A stretch of DNA of 32,000 nucleotides from Candidatus Kuenenia stuttgartensis (GTDB taxonomy: Bacteria > Planctomycetota > Brocadiia > Brocadiales > Brocadiaceae): the NCBI RefSeq assembly GCF_900232105.1, contig NZ_LT934425.1:3150001-3182000 (forward strand). The letters are read 5' to 3'. Of this stretch, positions 1 to 8,393 are shown in pieces. Below the pieces are notes generated by a model that saw only the letters and a list, made by a program, of their open reading frames with translations, was not told the DNA's origin and searched no databases. The number at the start of each line of letters is the position of its first letter. Position 1 is the stretch's first letter. Both the position numbers and the translations under genes were made by a program.

Positions 1-1200
1 TGCGTTGTCCTCTGAAATCATGCCGTTTAACGCATCAAGGTCTACGGTATCAGCATAGTGTGCATAGGTTTTATAGCCATCTTCACATAAAGCGCGAAAA
101 ATGAATATGTTGTTTTCCACGGGGTGGGGGGAAATCATAGGGTATACCTCTAAGCCGTCAATATTATTCCAGACGTTAAACTCAAGATCGTTGACTTCAA
201 AGTAATCGGAAAAATTTTTCTCTTCAATGGAAACCAACGCGGAGAGTTTTTTCGCGACAGAGACACGCACCAATGGAGTAGCAAAATACTTGACACGGTG
301 ATCCGCCCGCATTAATGTAGTAAGTCCGGCAAAATGGTCATCGTGGGCGTGGGTATGGAAGATGCCTTCAATCTCGTTAACATTAATTCCTAATGCTATA
401 AGACTATTGGCAATATTCGGTTCTGCGTCAATCAGATATACTTTCCCCTGAAACATTATAATGCTTGACATAGCAGGGCGTTTGATATCCCATCCATCGC
501 CCTGCCCGGAGTGAATTATCGCAAAATACTCCCTCTTTATGTTGTGAAACCCAAGTGAATAGGGGGCGCTGTAGTTTTCGTGGCGGGCAAGATTCAGGTC
601 AACCGTAATAAACTCGCCTTGGTACTGCAATTCAAAGACATTCAGGCGTAAATGTCTGATAAACACGCCATTTCGAATTTCCGTAGGCTCGTTTTTCACT
701 ATTACGGCGTCGAGAAGATCTTTAGTTTTATGGATTTTTCCATAGGCAAATTTTAACTTTACATTCATTAATTCCTTTGCCTCGTCAGGAGACATACCGG
801 CGTTTATTAATTCTTCTTCAGATACCAAACCGTAATTGCCTCTATATATATATTGCATTTGAGCCTCTACTTGGTCCTCTGACCCAATAAGCATTGGTTT
901 GGCATTTGTATTATTGGGGTGATTGGGCAACATCATTCCCTGGCGGTAGAGCATCTGCATTACGGGAAATTCTGCAAGATTTGCAAATCTTCCATTTTGT
1001 ACTAACAAGTCTGACAATAAAATAGCATTAGGCCCCGATTCATACTTATCTTCCCCTACTATTCTGTTTTGGATAAACCCCTGTTTTTTTAAATGTTTTA
1101 CGGCATCCGCCGGGCAACCACACAAGATATAAACACCGGCTTCGGGTATTTCTACCCAAAAGACTCCATTCGTAATCTTGCATTTTCTTAATTTGGACAT
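1..1200 (-). CDS. MBL-fold metallo-hydrolase-like protein, C-terminal part truncated by the window edge
   Basis: Open minus-strand frame from ATG at 1200 to base 1 (absent from the ORF track because it runs off the edge). Translation begins MSKLRKCKITNGVFWVEIPEAG and contains the metallo-beta-lactamase metal motif HTHAHDDHFAGL. Confidence 0.8.
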   Translation of the reverse strand, partial: MSKLRKCKITNGVFWVEIPEAGVYILCGCPADAVKHLKKQGFIQNRIVGEDKYESGPNAILLSDLLVQNGRFANLAEFPVMQMLYRQGMMLPNHPNNTNAKPMLIGSEDQVEAQMQYIYRGNYGLVSEEELINAGMSPDEAKELMNVKLKFAYGKIHKTKDLLDAVIVKNEPTEIRNGVFIRHLRLNVFELQYQGEFITVDLNLARHENYSAPYSLGFHNIKREYFAIIHSGQGDGWDIKRPAMSSIIMFQGKVYLIDAEPNIANSLIALGINVNEIEGIFHTHAHDDHFAGLTTLMRADHRVKYFATPLVRVSVAKKLSALVSIEEKNFSDYFEVNDLEFNVWNNIDGLEVYPMISPHPVENNIFIFRALCEDGYKTYAHYADTVDLDALNGMISEDNA

Positions 1201-1286
1201 TTATAAAAACCTTCCTGCAAATACTAAAAATAGAACGTAAACTATTATAGCCAAACAAATACTGTTGCCGAAAGATGAGCAATAAA

Positions 1287-1346
1287 ATTCACTGTAAGGG
1301 GTGACACGGACAAACTTGTTTGTCCGTGTCACCCCTTACAGTGAAT
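1287..1346. repeat. Perfect inverted repeat: 29-bp arms, 2-nt loop
   Basis: attcactgtaaggggtgacacggacaaac - tt - gtttgtccgtgtcaccccttacagtgaat; the arms are exact reverse complements. Confidence 0.97.
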
Positions 1347-1473
1347 GATAGAAGCACCATTTTGCGTGACTTTTCATAAACGCTAAAACTATACCATTGT
1401 ACCCATGGCAAGTAAATTAATTTTAAATAATTCATAACAATTTAGTACCTTATCGGTAATTTCTTTGTATTTC

Positions 1474-1518
1474 TTGGCAAAATATTTAATTGTGAAATCC
1501 GAAATGCTCAATATACTA
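1474..1518 (+). repeat. Dispersed repeat family A, partial copy (TTGGCAAAATATTTAATnGTGAAATCCGAAA motif)
   Basis: Shares cttggcaaaatatttaattgtgaaatccgaaatgct with 6650-6690, 31944-31986 and the reverse complement near 9085-9121. Confidence 0.8.
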
Positions 1519-1579
1519 GAGAGGTTCACAATTTGTGATGTATCAACTTGATACAAGGCAATTATTCCATAAGGGGCGG

Positions 1580-1604
1580 CACTGACAAGCCTTGCTTGTC
1601 AGTG
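1580..1604. repeat. Perfect hairpin, 11-bp arms, 3-nt loop, upstream of priA
   Basis: cactgacaagc-ctt-gcttgtcagtg. Confidence 0.85.
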
Positions 1605-1642
1605 ATATAATTAGTTAACAATAAAACTCTCTTTCATCAGCG

Positions 1643-3928
1643 ATGAGCATTGCAGATAAATCATCAAAACTTCAAGATACGCCAACCGGCCAGACGCTAC
1701 AGCAATTATTTGCGGAAGTGGTTTTCAATATTCCGTTAAACAAGCTGTTTCACTACAGCGTGCCTCCGGATTTAAGGGAACTCCTCACGCCTGGTATGCG
1801 TGTAAAAGCGCCTTTTGGCAATAAGGTAATTACAGGTTTTTGCGTAGGCCTTACCACCATACCTTCCGTATATAAGACCAAAGATCTCATGGGGATACTG
1901 GATGCGTTTCCTCTGGCGGACGAGACTATGCTCAGGATTACAAAATGGCTTTCTTCCTACTATTGCTGCGGATGGGGAGAGGCGATACATGCGGTGATAC
2001 CGCCGGTCGTCAGGCGCGGCGCTAAGGAAAAGATTGACATTTTTGTTACCTGTGGCAAACCCCTTACCGCTTTTGAAAAAGAAACGATTTTGCAATCAAA
2101 AAAACGCGCGATAAAACAAGCGAAGGTGATGGAATTCCTTTTTAACCAGGCGCAAAATACAGAAATACGCGCAAAAGAGCTGATGAAGGCGACCGGCGGC
2201 ACTATGTCAATGCTCAGGCAGTTGGAACGGGAAAACCTCCTGCAATTGGAAGAACGGCAGGCAGATGCCGTAAATGCCCAGAAGGGAGGTGCACCTGTAC
2301 AACATTTAGCGCTTTCCGAAGAACAGCAGGCCGCCTTCACCTTAATCAAAGAGAAACTGGCGGAACCGTCTCAGGGAATCATCCTGCTTCATGGCATAAC
2401 TGGAAGCGGGAAAACGGAACTATATCTTCAGACAATAGCCAAACTATTGGAACAGGGGAGAAAAGCCCTGTTTCTTGTCCCGGAGATATCGCTTACCTCT
2501 CAAAGTATTCAGAGGATAAAGGAAAGATTCAATAACGTGGCGGTATTGCACAGTCATTTACAAGGCGCCTTTCACCACGCACAGTGGAAAGATATAAAGG
2601 AGGGCAGGGTGGACGTTGTTGTCGGCGCCAGGTCATCTATTTTTGCTCCGCTGAAGGACGTGGGGTTGATCATTCTTGATGAAGAACACGAGAATACGTA
2701 TAAACAGGAAAACAGCCCCAGGTATAATGCGCGTGATATAGCCATTCTCAGGGCAACCTACGAAAATGCAATGGTTATATTGGGCACCGCTACTCCGTCG
2801 CTGGAAAGCTATTATGAGGCGGAAAAGGGGAATTATACAAAGATAGTCCTTTCCAAAAGGATCGGAACCCTTCAACTTCCGCAGGTTGAAATCGTGGATA
2901 TGCTTGAAGAAGTACGTAAGAAAAGGGGATACCATGTTGTATCACAACGGCTTGAATATTATATGAAACAGGCATTGTCCCGGAGGGAGCAGGTAATTTT
3001 ATTTTTAAACCGCAGGGGTTTTACCCCTTACATTCATTGTAAGAGGTGCGGATTTGTATTAAAATGCCACCGGTGTGATATCCCCCTTACCTTTCACAAA
3101 AAGTTAAACATCGTACTGTGCCATTACTGTCATGCGGAGGCAATCCCCCCGGAATCATGTCCGGATTGTATGGCAAATTATATTAATTACCGTGGTTTTG
3201 GCACTGAAAAAATAGAAGAGGTGATTGCTAAAAAATTTCCCGGATATAACATTCTCCGGATGGACAGCGATTCCATGCGATCACACGGCTCCCATGAAAA
3301 GGCATTAAAGGCATTCGGAGAAGGAGAATTCCAGATATTACTCGGCACACAAATGATTGCAAAGGGTCTGGACTTCCCCAATGTTACCCTGGTTGGCGTA
3401 ATTTCTGCGGATACCATGCTGAATCTTCCGGATTTTCGTGCAGGCGAAAGGACCTTCCAGTTAATATCTCAGGTTGCGGGACGTACGGGAAGAGGGCAAA
3501 AGGGGGGACGCGTGATAGTGCAGTCCTTTAATCCAAGACATTACAGCATTACCTACGCAGCAGCCCATGACTATGAAGGTTTTGCAAAAAAGGAATTGGA
3601 ATATAGAAGGCCATTGAACTATCCCCCGTTTGGCAGGATGGCAAGGATTATCTTTCGGGGCGCATCGGAAAAAAACACAGAGGAAAAGGCATCGGTGATT
3701 GCCGGTAAACTGAAAGAAATCGCAAAAGAAAGCAATAATCAACTGCAAATACTGGGGCCGTCGCCCGCCCCGGTAATGAAAATTAATAATCTGTTCCGAT
3801 GGCATCTTCTGCTAAAAGCAAAAGACCACCAGCGCATCCATGATGCATTGCTATGCGTTGCCGATACGTTGAAACCAACAAAAGGCGTCCAGTCGCTCGT
3901 TGATGTCGACCCCTATATGATGTTATAG
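1643..3928 (+). CDS. priA: Primosomal protein N' (replication restart helicase PriA)
   Basis: 761 aa with Walker A-like GITGSGKTE, DEEHE box, zinc-binding cysteines (HCKRCGFVLKCHRCDIPLTFH...CHYC...PESCPDC) and QVAGRTGRG. Confidence 0.97.
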   Translation: MSIADKSSKLQDTPTGQTLQQLFAEVVFNIPLNKLFHYSVPPDLRELLTPGMRVKAPFGNKVITGFCVGLTTIPSVYKTKDLMGILDAFPLADETMLRITKWLSSYYCCGWGEAIHAVIPPVVRRGAKEKIDIFVTCGKPLTAFEKETILQSKKRAIKQAKVMEFLFNQAQNTEIRAKELMKATGGTMSMLRQLERENLLQLEERQADAVNAQKGGAPVQHLALSEEQQAAFTLIKEKLAEPSQGIILLHGITGSGKTELYLQTIAKLLEQGRKALFLVPEISLTSQSIQRIKERFNNVAVLHSHLQGAFHHAQWKDIKEGRVDVVVGARSSIFAPLKDVGLIILDEEHENTYKQENSPRYNARDIAILRATYENAMVILGTATPSLESYYEAEKGNYTKIVLSKRIGTLQLPQVEIVDMLEEVRKKRGYHVVSQRLEYYMKQALSRREQVILFLNRRGFTPYIHCKRCGFVLKCHRCDIPLTFHKKLNIVLCHYCHAEAIPPESCPDCMANYINYRGFGTEKIEEVIAKKFPGYNILRMDSDSMRSHGSHEKALKAFGEGEFQILLGTQMIAKGLDFPNVTLVGVISADTMLNLPDFRAGERTFQLISQVAGRTGRGQKGGRVIVQSFNPRHYSITYAAAHDYEGFAKKELEYRRPLNYPPFGRMARIIFRGASEKNTEEKASVIAGKLKEIAKESNNQLQILGPSPAPVMKINNLFRWHLLLKAKDHQRIHDALLCVADTLKPTKGVQSLVDVDPYMML

Positions 3929-4017
3929 CACCGGCATTTTTATTTTTTTGCATGCTTGTATGTCTGGCTTCTCAATGAACATTTAATCCGATATTCCTGA
4001 CGATATGGTTGTTTTCC

Positions 4018-4581
4018 CTAAAATTTTACTTTAGGCACTTCCTTCTCTGCCTCTGATACTTCAAAATAACTTGCCTCTGTTACACCAACACGTGCGGCAA
4101 AGAATCTGCCAAAAAAACTTTTTATATAGGTGTTAAGTTCTTTTACTGAATCGTTATAGCGTTTACGCTCTACGGAAATCCGGTTTTCAGAACCTTCCAA
4201 TGTATCCTGTAGCTTAAGAAATGATTCATTTGCCTTGAGATCCGGGTATGCTTCTCTGAATGCAAGCAGGCGGGAAAGAAAACCTTCGATCTGTGTTGCA
4301 GCCTTTGCCTTATCCGCAATTGTTCCTGCGCTAAAATATCCCCTGCGGGCCTCCGCAAGTTTTTCAAAAACTTCTCTTTCGTGCGATGCATAACCTTTTA
4401 CGGTTTCTACCAGATTAGGAATGAGGTCATACCTTCGCTTAAGCTGTGTATCCACTTGTGACCATGAGTTCTTGACGTTTTCATTCAGTTTTACCACCTT
4501 ATTGTATCCTTTGACATACCAGGAAACAGCAATGATTCCTACAAAAACCAAAACAGCAATGACAGGTAATATCTTTCTCAT
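4018..4581 (-). CDS. LemA family protein
   Basis: 187 aa; N-terminal TM helix followed by YNKVVKLNENVKNSWSQVDTQLKRRYDLIPNLVETVKGYASHEREVFEKLAEAR, characteristic of LemA. Confidence 0.95.
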   Translation of the reverse strand: MRKILPVIAVLVFVGIIAVSWYVKGYNKVVKLNENVKNSWSQVDTQLKRRYDLIPNLVETVKGYASHEREVFEKLAEARRGYFSAGTIADKAKAATQIEGFLSRLLAFREAYPDLKANESFLKLQDTLEGSENRISVERKRYNDSVKELNTYIKSFFGRFFAARVGVTEASYFEVSEAEKEVPKVKF

Positions 4582-4672
4582 AACCGCCTTCCAATAATAT
4601 ATTGTAAAGTTAATTTAGTACTGTTTTAGGGACATAGAAGAATTTAATATGCCAGTAATTATCATTACTTTG

Positions 4673-4728
4673 CTCAGTTCTCAGTTCTCAGTCCTCAGTC
4701 CTCAGTCCTCAATCCTCAGTCCTCAATC
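4673..4728. repeat. Heptanucleotide tandem repeat, 8 units of CTCARTY
   Basis: ctcagtt ctcagtt ctcagtc ctcagtc ctcagtc ctcaatc ctcagtc ctcaatc, read directly. Confidence 0.95.
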
Positions 4729-4802
4729 TGCAATTTGCCGACTGCCTACAATCGGACTGCCGATTGCCGAGCACTACGGTATAATAGAAAAATCCAGGTC
4801 CC

Positions 4803-5573
4803 TTACCACCTGCCGGAGGCGCCGCCCCCGCCAAACGAACCGCCCATCCCGCCGCCAAAGCCTCCGAAACCACCGGAACCCCCCGATCCAAAACCCCTTG
4901 AACCGCCGGAACCGCCCCAATAATACGGTGAGAACATCATCCTCCGCCGAAGTATACCGCCGCCAAACAAGAAGGGTAATATGAAAAATATTAATAACAA
5001 CGACGACAGTGGGCTCCTGCGCCTTTCTGCTGCCCTGCGTATTTTTGTCATGTCAGGCATGCCAGTTATTTTGACGCCTTTTTCTTCGGCAATTTTATCC
5101 ACCATTACCAATGTGGCCAGAAAAATGCCTTCGCCAAACTGCTCCTTTTTAAAATTAGGAACAAAAAATGTCCTCCCGAGAGTACCACAAAAGCTGTCAG
5201 GCAATATACCCTCAAGACCGTATCCTATTTCAAATCTGTATGCCCGGTCATTTTTTGCCACGACGATAAGCGCCCCGTTATCTTTCCCTTCCTGTCCCAA
5301 TTTCCACTTAGTAGCAAGGTTGATAGTATACATCTCAATAGGTATATTGTCGGTGGTATCCACCGTAAGAACCACCATTTGCGCACCCGTTTTTTGTTCC
5401 AGTTCCTGCAAATATCCGTTCAGCTTGTTTTCTATCCGGGCTTCGATGATATTTGCCTTGTCTTCCACATATCGTTTGGGCACGGGTAAATCTTGTCCGT
5501 ACGAAACAGCGGAAAAGAAAAAAATAAGCAGAAAAAAACAGATATGTGTAGAGAGAGAATGTTTTTTATACAT
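4803..5573 (-). CDS. TPM-domain (YgcG-like) secreted/membrane protein with glycine-rich C-terminus
   Basis: Track ORF 4803..5636; a better start is the internal MYKKHSLSTHICFFLLIFFFSAVSYG signal peptide at 5573. VPKRYVEDKANIIEARIENKLNGYLQELEQKTGAQMVVLTVDT and YRFEIGYGLEGILPD are TPM-domain features; ends in a Gly/Ser-rich tail. Confidence 0.92.
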   Translation of the reverse strand: MYKKHSLSTHICFFLLIFFFSAVSYGQDLPVPKRYVEDKANIIEARIENKLNGYLQELEQKTGAQMVVLTVDTTDNIPIEMYTINLATKWKLGQEGKDNGALIVVAKNDRAYRFEIGYGLEGILPDSFCGTLGRTFFVPNFKKEQFGEGIFLATLVMVDKIAEEKGVKITGMPDMTKIRRAAERRRSPLSSLLLIFFILPFLFGGGILRRRMMFSPYYWGGSGGSRGFGSGGSGGFGGFGGGMGGSFGGGGASGRW

Positions 5574-6321
5574 TTTCCACCTTAAATTCATCAATTTTCC
5601 CGGCAAGGGCATCAATTTCACAGTACAATTCTTCAAAAATTTCTTTCAGTTCCTCAGCGGAAGGATTCAAGTCCTTCGCCTTTATCGCAAGCAATTTGGT
5701 AAATGGGTCAATTTTGATATTACAGCAATCCCTTATTGCAGAGAGAATCGCACTCTTTTCTTTAGGGATTTTTTGACCGTACAAAAAGAGGATGCCGCAA
5801 AAAATAGGAAAGTAGCCGGAAATGGCGCCTTTGAACAAATCCCTTAGCACCGTCTTATTACCCATAGCCCTTATAAATCCCTGACAAATTTGCTGAAGTC
5901 TGCTTTTCAACTCGCGCTCGCATTGAAGCCTGATATCTTTTTTCTCAATCGTTATATTTTTCAGGATATCTTCTCCGTAAGCAAGCTGATTGTTGTTCTT
6001 CATATCTAAAAACTCTAATGGAAATTCGGCTAAAGACCTTTCGATATAATTTTTTGTCATTACAAGAGGCGCATGTAGCTTTTTTTTGCCATATTGCTTC
6101 CCCAAAGAAGCAATAAAGTCGAAAAAGGTGACCTTGATCTCCTTAACGACAATTAATGTGTTGATATCGGAATGTTTTACATCAAAATCTTTTGTTATGG
6201 CGCTGCCGGTGAGGTATATAGAAACGATATTTTCTTTGTGATGCGATAGAATATCGAGAAAGAACGATTCTACATTTTTTTTAATTTCAGCAGATAAATA
6301 GGAAAGATTAAGATTTTCCAT
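5566..6321 (-). CDS. Nucleotidyltransferase-like domain protein with alpha-helical C-terminal region
   Basis: YLTGSAITKDFDVKHSDINTLIVV resembles the G-S...D-x-N/D motif of minimal/pol-beta nucleotidyltransferases. Stop overlaps the TPM gene start by 8 nt. Confidence 0.7.
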   Translation of the reverse strand: MENLNLSYLSAEIKKNVESFFLDILSHHKENIVSIYLTGSAITKDFDVKHSDINTLIVVKEIKVTFFDFIASLGKQYGKKKLHAPLVMTKNYIERSLAEFPLEFLDMKNNNQLAYGEDILKNITIEKKDIRLQCERELKSRLQQICQGFIRAMGNKTVLRDLFKGAISGYFPIFCGILFLYGQKIPKEKSAILSAIRDCCNIKIDPFTKLLAIKAKDLNPSAEELKEIFEELYCEIDALAGKIDEFKVENV

Positions 6322-6364
6322 TGACTCGTTCCTCCAAATATATGCACCATACGTTTTAAATTAA

Positions 6365-6616
6365 CTAACTTTCCCGCTCTTCCAGTTTTTTCCGTAATGC
6401 GATATTTTCCTTTTTCGTAGTTTCCAGGTCAAATTGCAGATATTTTATGTTTAATCGCAATGTGTCAAGGGTTTCCTGTAACATCTTAAATGATTTCAGG
6501 AGATCTTCACATTTTTCTCCCATTTCACTATACATGGTTAACCCTTTTAATTCGGCCAGTTGTTTAATTTCTTCCAATAGTTTTAACAACCTGTTCTGAA
6601 AAACCTGATCATCCAT
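6365..6616 (-). CDS. Small coiled-coil hypothetical protein
   Basis: Internal start at 6616 gives MDDQVFQNRLLKLLEEIKQLAELKGLTMYSEMGEKCEDLLKSFKMLQETLDTLRLNIKYLQFDLETTKKENIALRKKLEERES. The upstream part of the track ORF (6617-6748) lies largely in repeat sequence. Confidence 0.6.
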   Translation of the reverse strand: MDDQVFQNRLLKLLEEIKQLAELKGLTMYSEMGEKCEDLLKSFKMLQETLDTLRLNIKYLQFDLETTKKENIALRKKLEERES

Positions 6617-6635
6617 GAAGTATGCCTCCGTCAGT

Positions 6636-6830
6636 AATTTTTTTGTATTTTTTGGCAAAATATTTAATGGTAAAATCCGAAAACAACTTCTAATGACAAA
6701 ATGCTTTGAAATTCTAAACAAATGCCTCTTTCTTATTTCGTGTTTCATATTTTGTTGTATGTTTTGGATTTGTTTTGAATTTTATGCTTTGTTATTCAAA
6801 TTTGTTTCGTATTTCGTGCTTCGTGCTTGT
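6636..6830 (+). repeat. Dispersed repeat family A, long copy
   Basis: tttttggcaaaatatttaatggtaaaatccgaaaac...ttgaaattctaaacaaatg...ttttggatttgttttgaattttatgctttgttattcaaatttgtttcgtatttcg; the inverted counterpart is at 8925-9121. Confidence 0.85.
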
Positions 6831-7015
6831 CTGGTTTAACTTGCATGATAAGTCACAGGGTGTTCAATGTCAAGCCATAAGATGGTTAAGGGTAGAGAAT
6901 GCTGTATTGACAATAAAATTTAAATTTGACAATGCCGTTTTTTGCCCATATACTTTTAAGCATTAATGTAAGGAAAAGGGTTTTTCGCTATTAAATTCTG
7001 AAATTTGACTCAATT

Positions 7016-7924
7016 TTGTTGTGGCAATTTTCTTTTAAGGAGTTATCGTTGGAGTGGGATGAATCAGCAACGCTGTTACTGGAGAAAGTGCCTCCATTTG
7101 TACATAAAAAAGTGCGTGACAGGGTGGAGTCGCTCGCCCGTGAGCAGGGAAAAAACCTGATTACCTCAGTTGAAGTTATTGCGGCCAGAGAAGCTTTTGC
7201 CTTCAACCAAAATCTCCCCCCTCAAACAGTAAACAAAGAAACCGAAACCGGCAAACTCTCCGTACTCAGGAAATATCAAAAATACTTTGACGCACAGGGC
7301 AACCCTGTCTTATATCAGGCAAAAGCCTGCAGAGGAGCGGAGGTTAACTGTCCATTTCTTATTAAAGATTCCGAAATTTTAGCGGATAAACTCCGCGAGA
7401 AGTTAAAGGAATTGCATTTCACTGACAGATTAATAGAAAAAATTGAGGGCAGAATATTGCCTCACCACACCATGAAACTTGCGGTAGCCGGCTGTCCCAA
7501 CAGTTGCTCTATGCCGCAAATTAAAGATTTTGGAGTTCATGCGGTTGAACCAGTTTTTGTTGACGCCGAATGCGAATGCATTGAATGCATGAAATGCGTG
7601 GAAGCATGCCGCGAAGATGCCATAACGGTGAAGGATGCACAGGTAACCATTGATAAGGAAAAATGTGTAGAATGCGGTATTTGCGCAAAGGTGTGTCCTG
7701 TTGGCACGATAAAGGCATCGGAAGTCAAATTCCGTGTAATGATTGGCGGAAAACTCGGTCGCCATCCCAGGTTTGCCCTGGAGCTGTTCCCGAATACAGA
7801 TGAATCTACGGTGCTAAAGGCATTGGAAGTGTGTGCAGAAATGATTATTTCAAATAAGGAAGAACACCGGTTTAGAGTACTGGTGGAACAAAAGGGAATA
7901 GAGGAGATAAAAAACAAGATATGA
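7016..7924 (+). CDS. Siroheme/4Fe-4S sulfite-nitrite reductase-like protein with N-terminal PCP_red-like domain and 2x[4Fe-4S] ferredoxin insertion
   Basis: 302 aa. PPFVHKKVRDRVESLAREQG resembles PCP_red; ACRGAEVNCP...AGCPNSCSMP siroheme/cluster-type cysteines; CIECMKCVEAC and CVECGICAKVCPVG ferredoxin motifs. Confidence 0.8.
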   Translation: MLWQFSFKELSLEWDESATLLLEKVPPFVHKKVRDRVESLAREQGKNLITSVEVIAAREAFAFNQNLPPQTVNKETETGKLSVLRKYQKYFDAQGNPVLYQAKACRGAEVNCPFLIKDSEILADKLREKLKELHFTDRLIEKIEGRILPHHTMKLAVAGCPNSCSMPQIKDFGVHAVEPVFVDAECECIECMKCVEACREDAITVKDAQVTIDKEKCVECGICAKVCPVGTIKASEVKFRVMIGGKLGRHPRFALELFPNTDESTVLKALEVCAEMIISNKEEHRFRVLVEQKGIEEIKNKI

Positions 7925-8388
7925 TATTGTGCGATACCGACAGAAAGATTCTTCATCGATTGCAGTCAAATTTGCCGCTGGTATCAAGGCCCTTTGAGGC
8001 ATTGAGCAAAGAGCTGGGCATTGATGAAGACACGATTATTGAACGAATTAAATACATGATTGACAATAAATTTGTCAGACGCCTCGCCCCAATAATAAAC
8101 ACCCAGGCAATGGGAAGGGAAGCAACGCTAGCGGCAATAAATGTTCCTGAGGAACGGATTGAAGAAGTAAGTGAAATTATCAATGGATATACCGGCGTAT
8201 CTCATAATTATCTCCGCAACGGAAAAAACAAAGATATACCATACAATATGTGGTTTACCATGTCCGCCAAAGATGACGAAGAATTGCGCAGCAATCTAAA
8301 GGAAATAGAGTATCGTACAGGGCTGGTTGTAAGAAGTCTGCCTACAACAAAGAAATTCAAGATAGGGGTTAAATTTAAAATTTATTAA
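7921..8388 (+). CDS. Lrp/AsnC-like siroheme decarboxylase subunit (AhbA/AhbB/NirDLGH type)
   Basis: CDTDRKILHRLQSNLPLVSRPFEALSKELGIDEDTIIERIKYMIDNKFVRRLAPIINTQAMG matches the HTH and RRL...G pattern of the family. ATG overlaps the upstream stop by 4 nt. Confidence 0.85.
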   Translation: MILCDTDRKILHRLQSNLPLVSRPFEALSKELGIDEDTIIERIKYMIDNKFVRRLAPIINTQAMGREATLAAINVPEERIEEVSEIINGYTGVSHNYLRNGKNKDIPYNMWFTMSAKDDEELRSNLKEIEYRTGLVVRSLPTTKKFKIGVKFKIY

Positions 8389-8393
8389 TAATT

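Noticed and set aside
1046-1282. 78-aa minus-strand ORF
   Set aside because: TTG start and out of frame with the MBL-fold gene (1..1200), which it largely overlaps; the MBL gene has the convincing motif.
1960-3805. Several antisense ORFs opposite priA (1960..2349, 2633..2935, 2790..2975, 3187..3417, 3461..3805)
   Set aside because: All overlap the strong PriA reading frame on the opposite strand; none shows a family signature or plausible independent start region.
4673-4728. Tandem array as a CRISPR-like or coding repeat
   Set aside because: Units are 7 nt and contiguous without spacers; a simple heptanucleotide repeat explains it.
4649-4984. 111-aa plus-strand ORF (LSSQFSVLSPQSSILSPQS...)
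   Set aside because: Translation of the CTCARTY tandem array and of the antisense of the glycine-rich TPM tail; not a credible gene.
4981-5847. 288-aa plus-strand ORF
   Set aside because: Antisense across the TPM-domain and NTase-like genes, both with recognisable protein signatures; its own sequence has no recognisable domain and is low-complexity Ser/Pro/Cys-rich.
6365-6748. Full-length 127-aa version of the coiled-coil ORF
   Set aside because: The first 44 codons lie mostly in family A repeat sequence; the internal Met at 6616 is more plausible.
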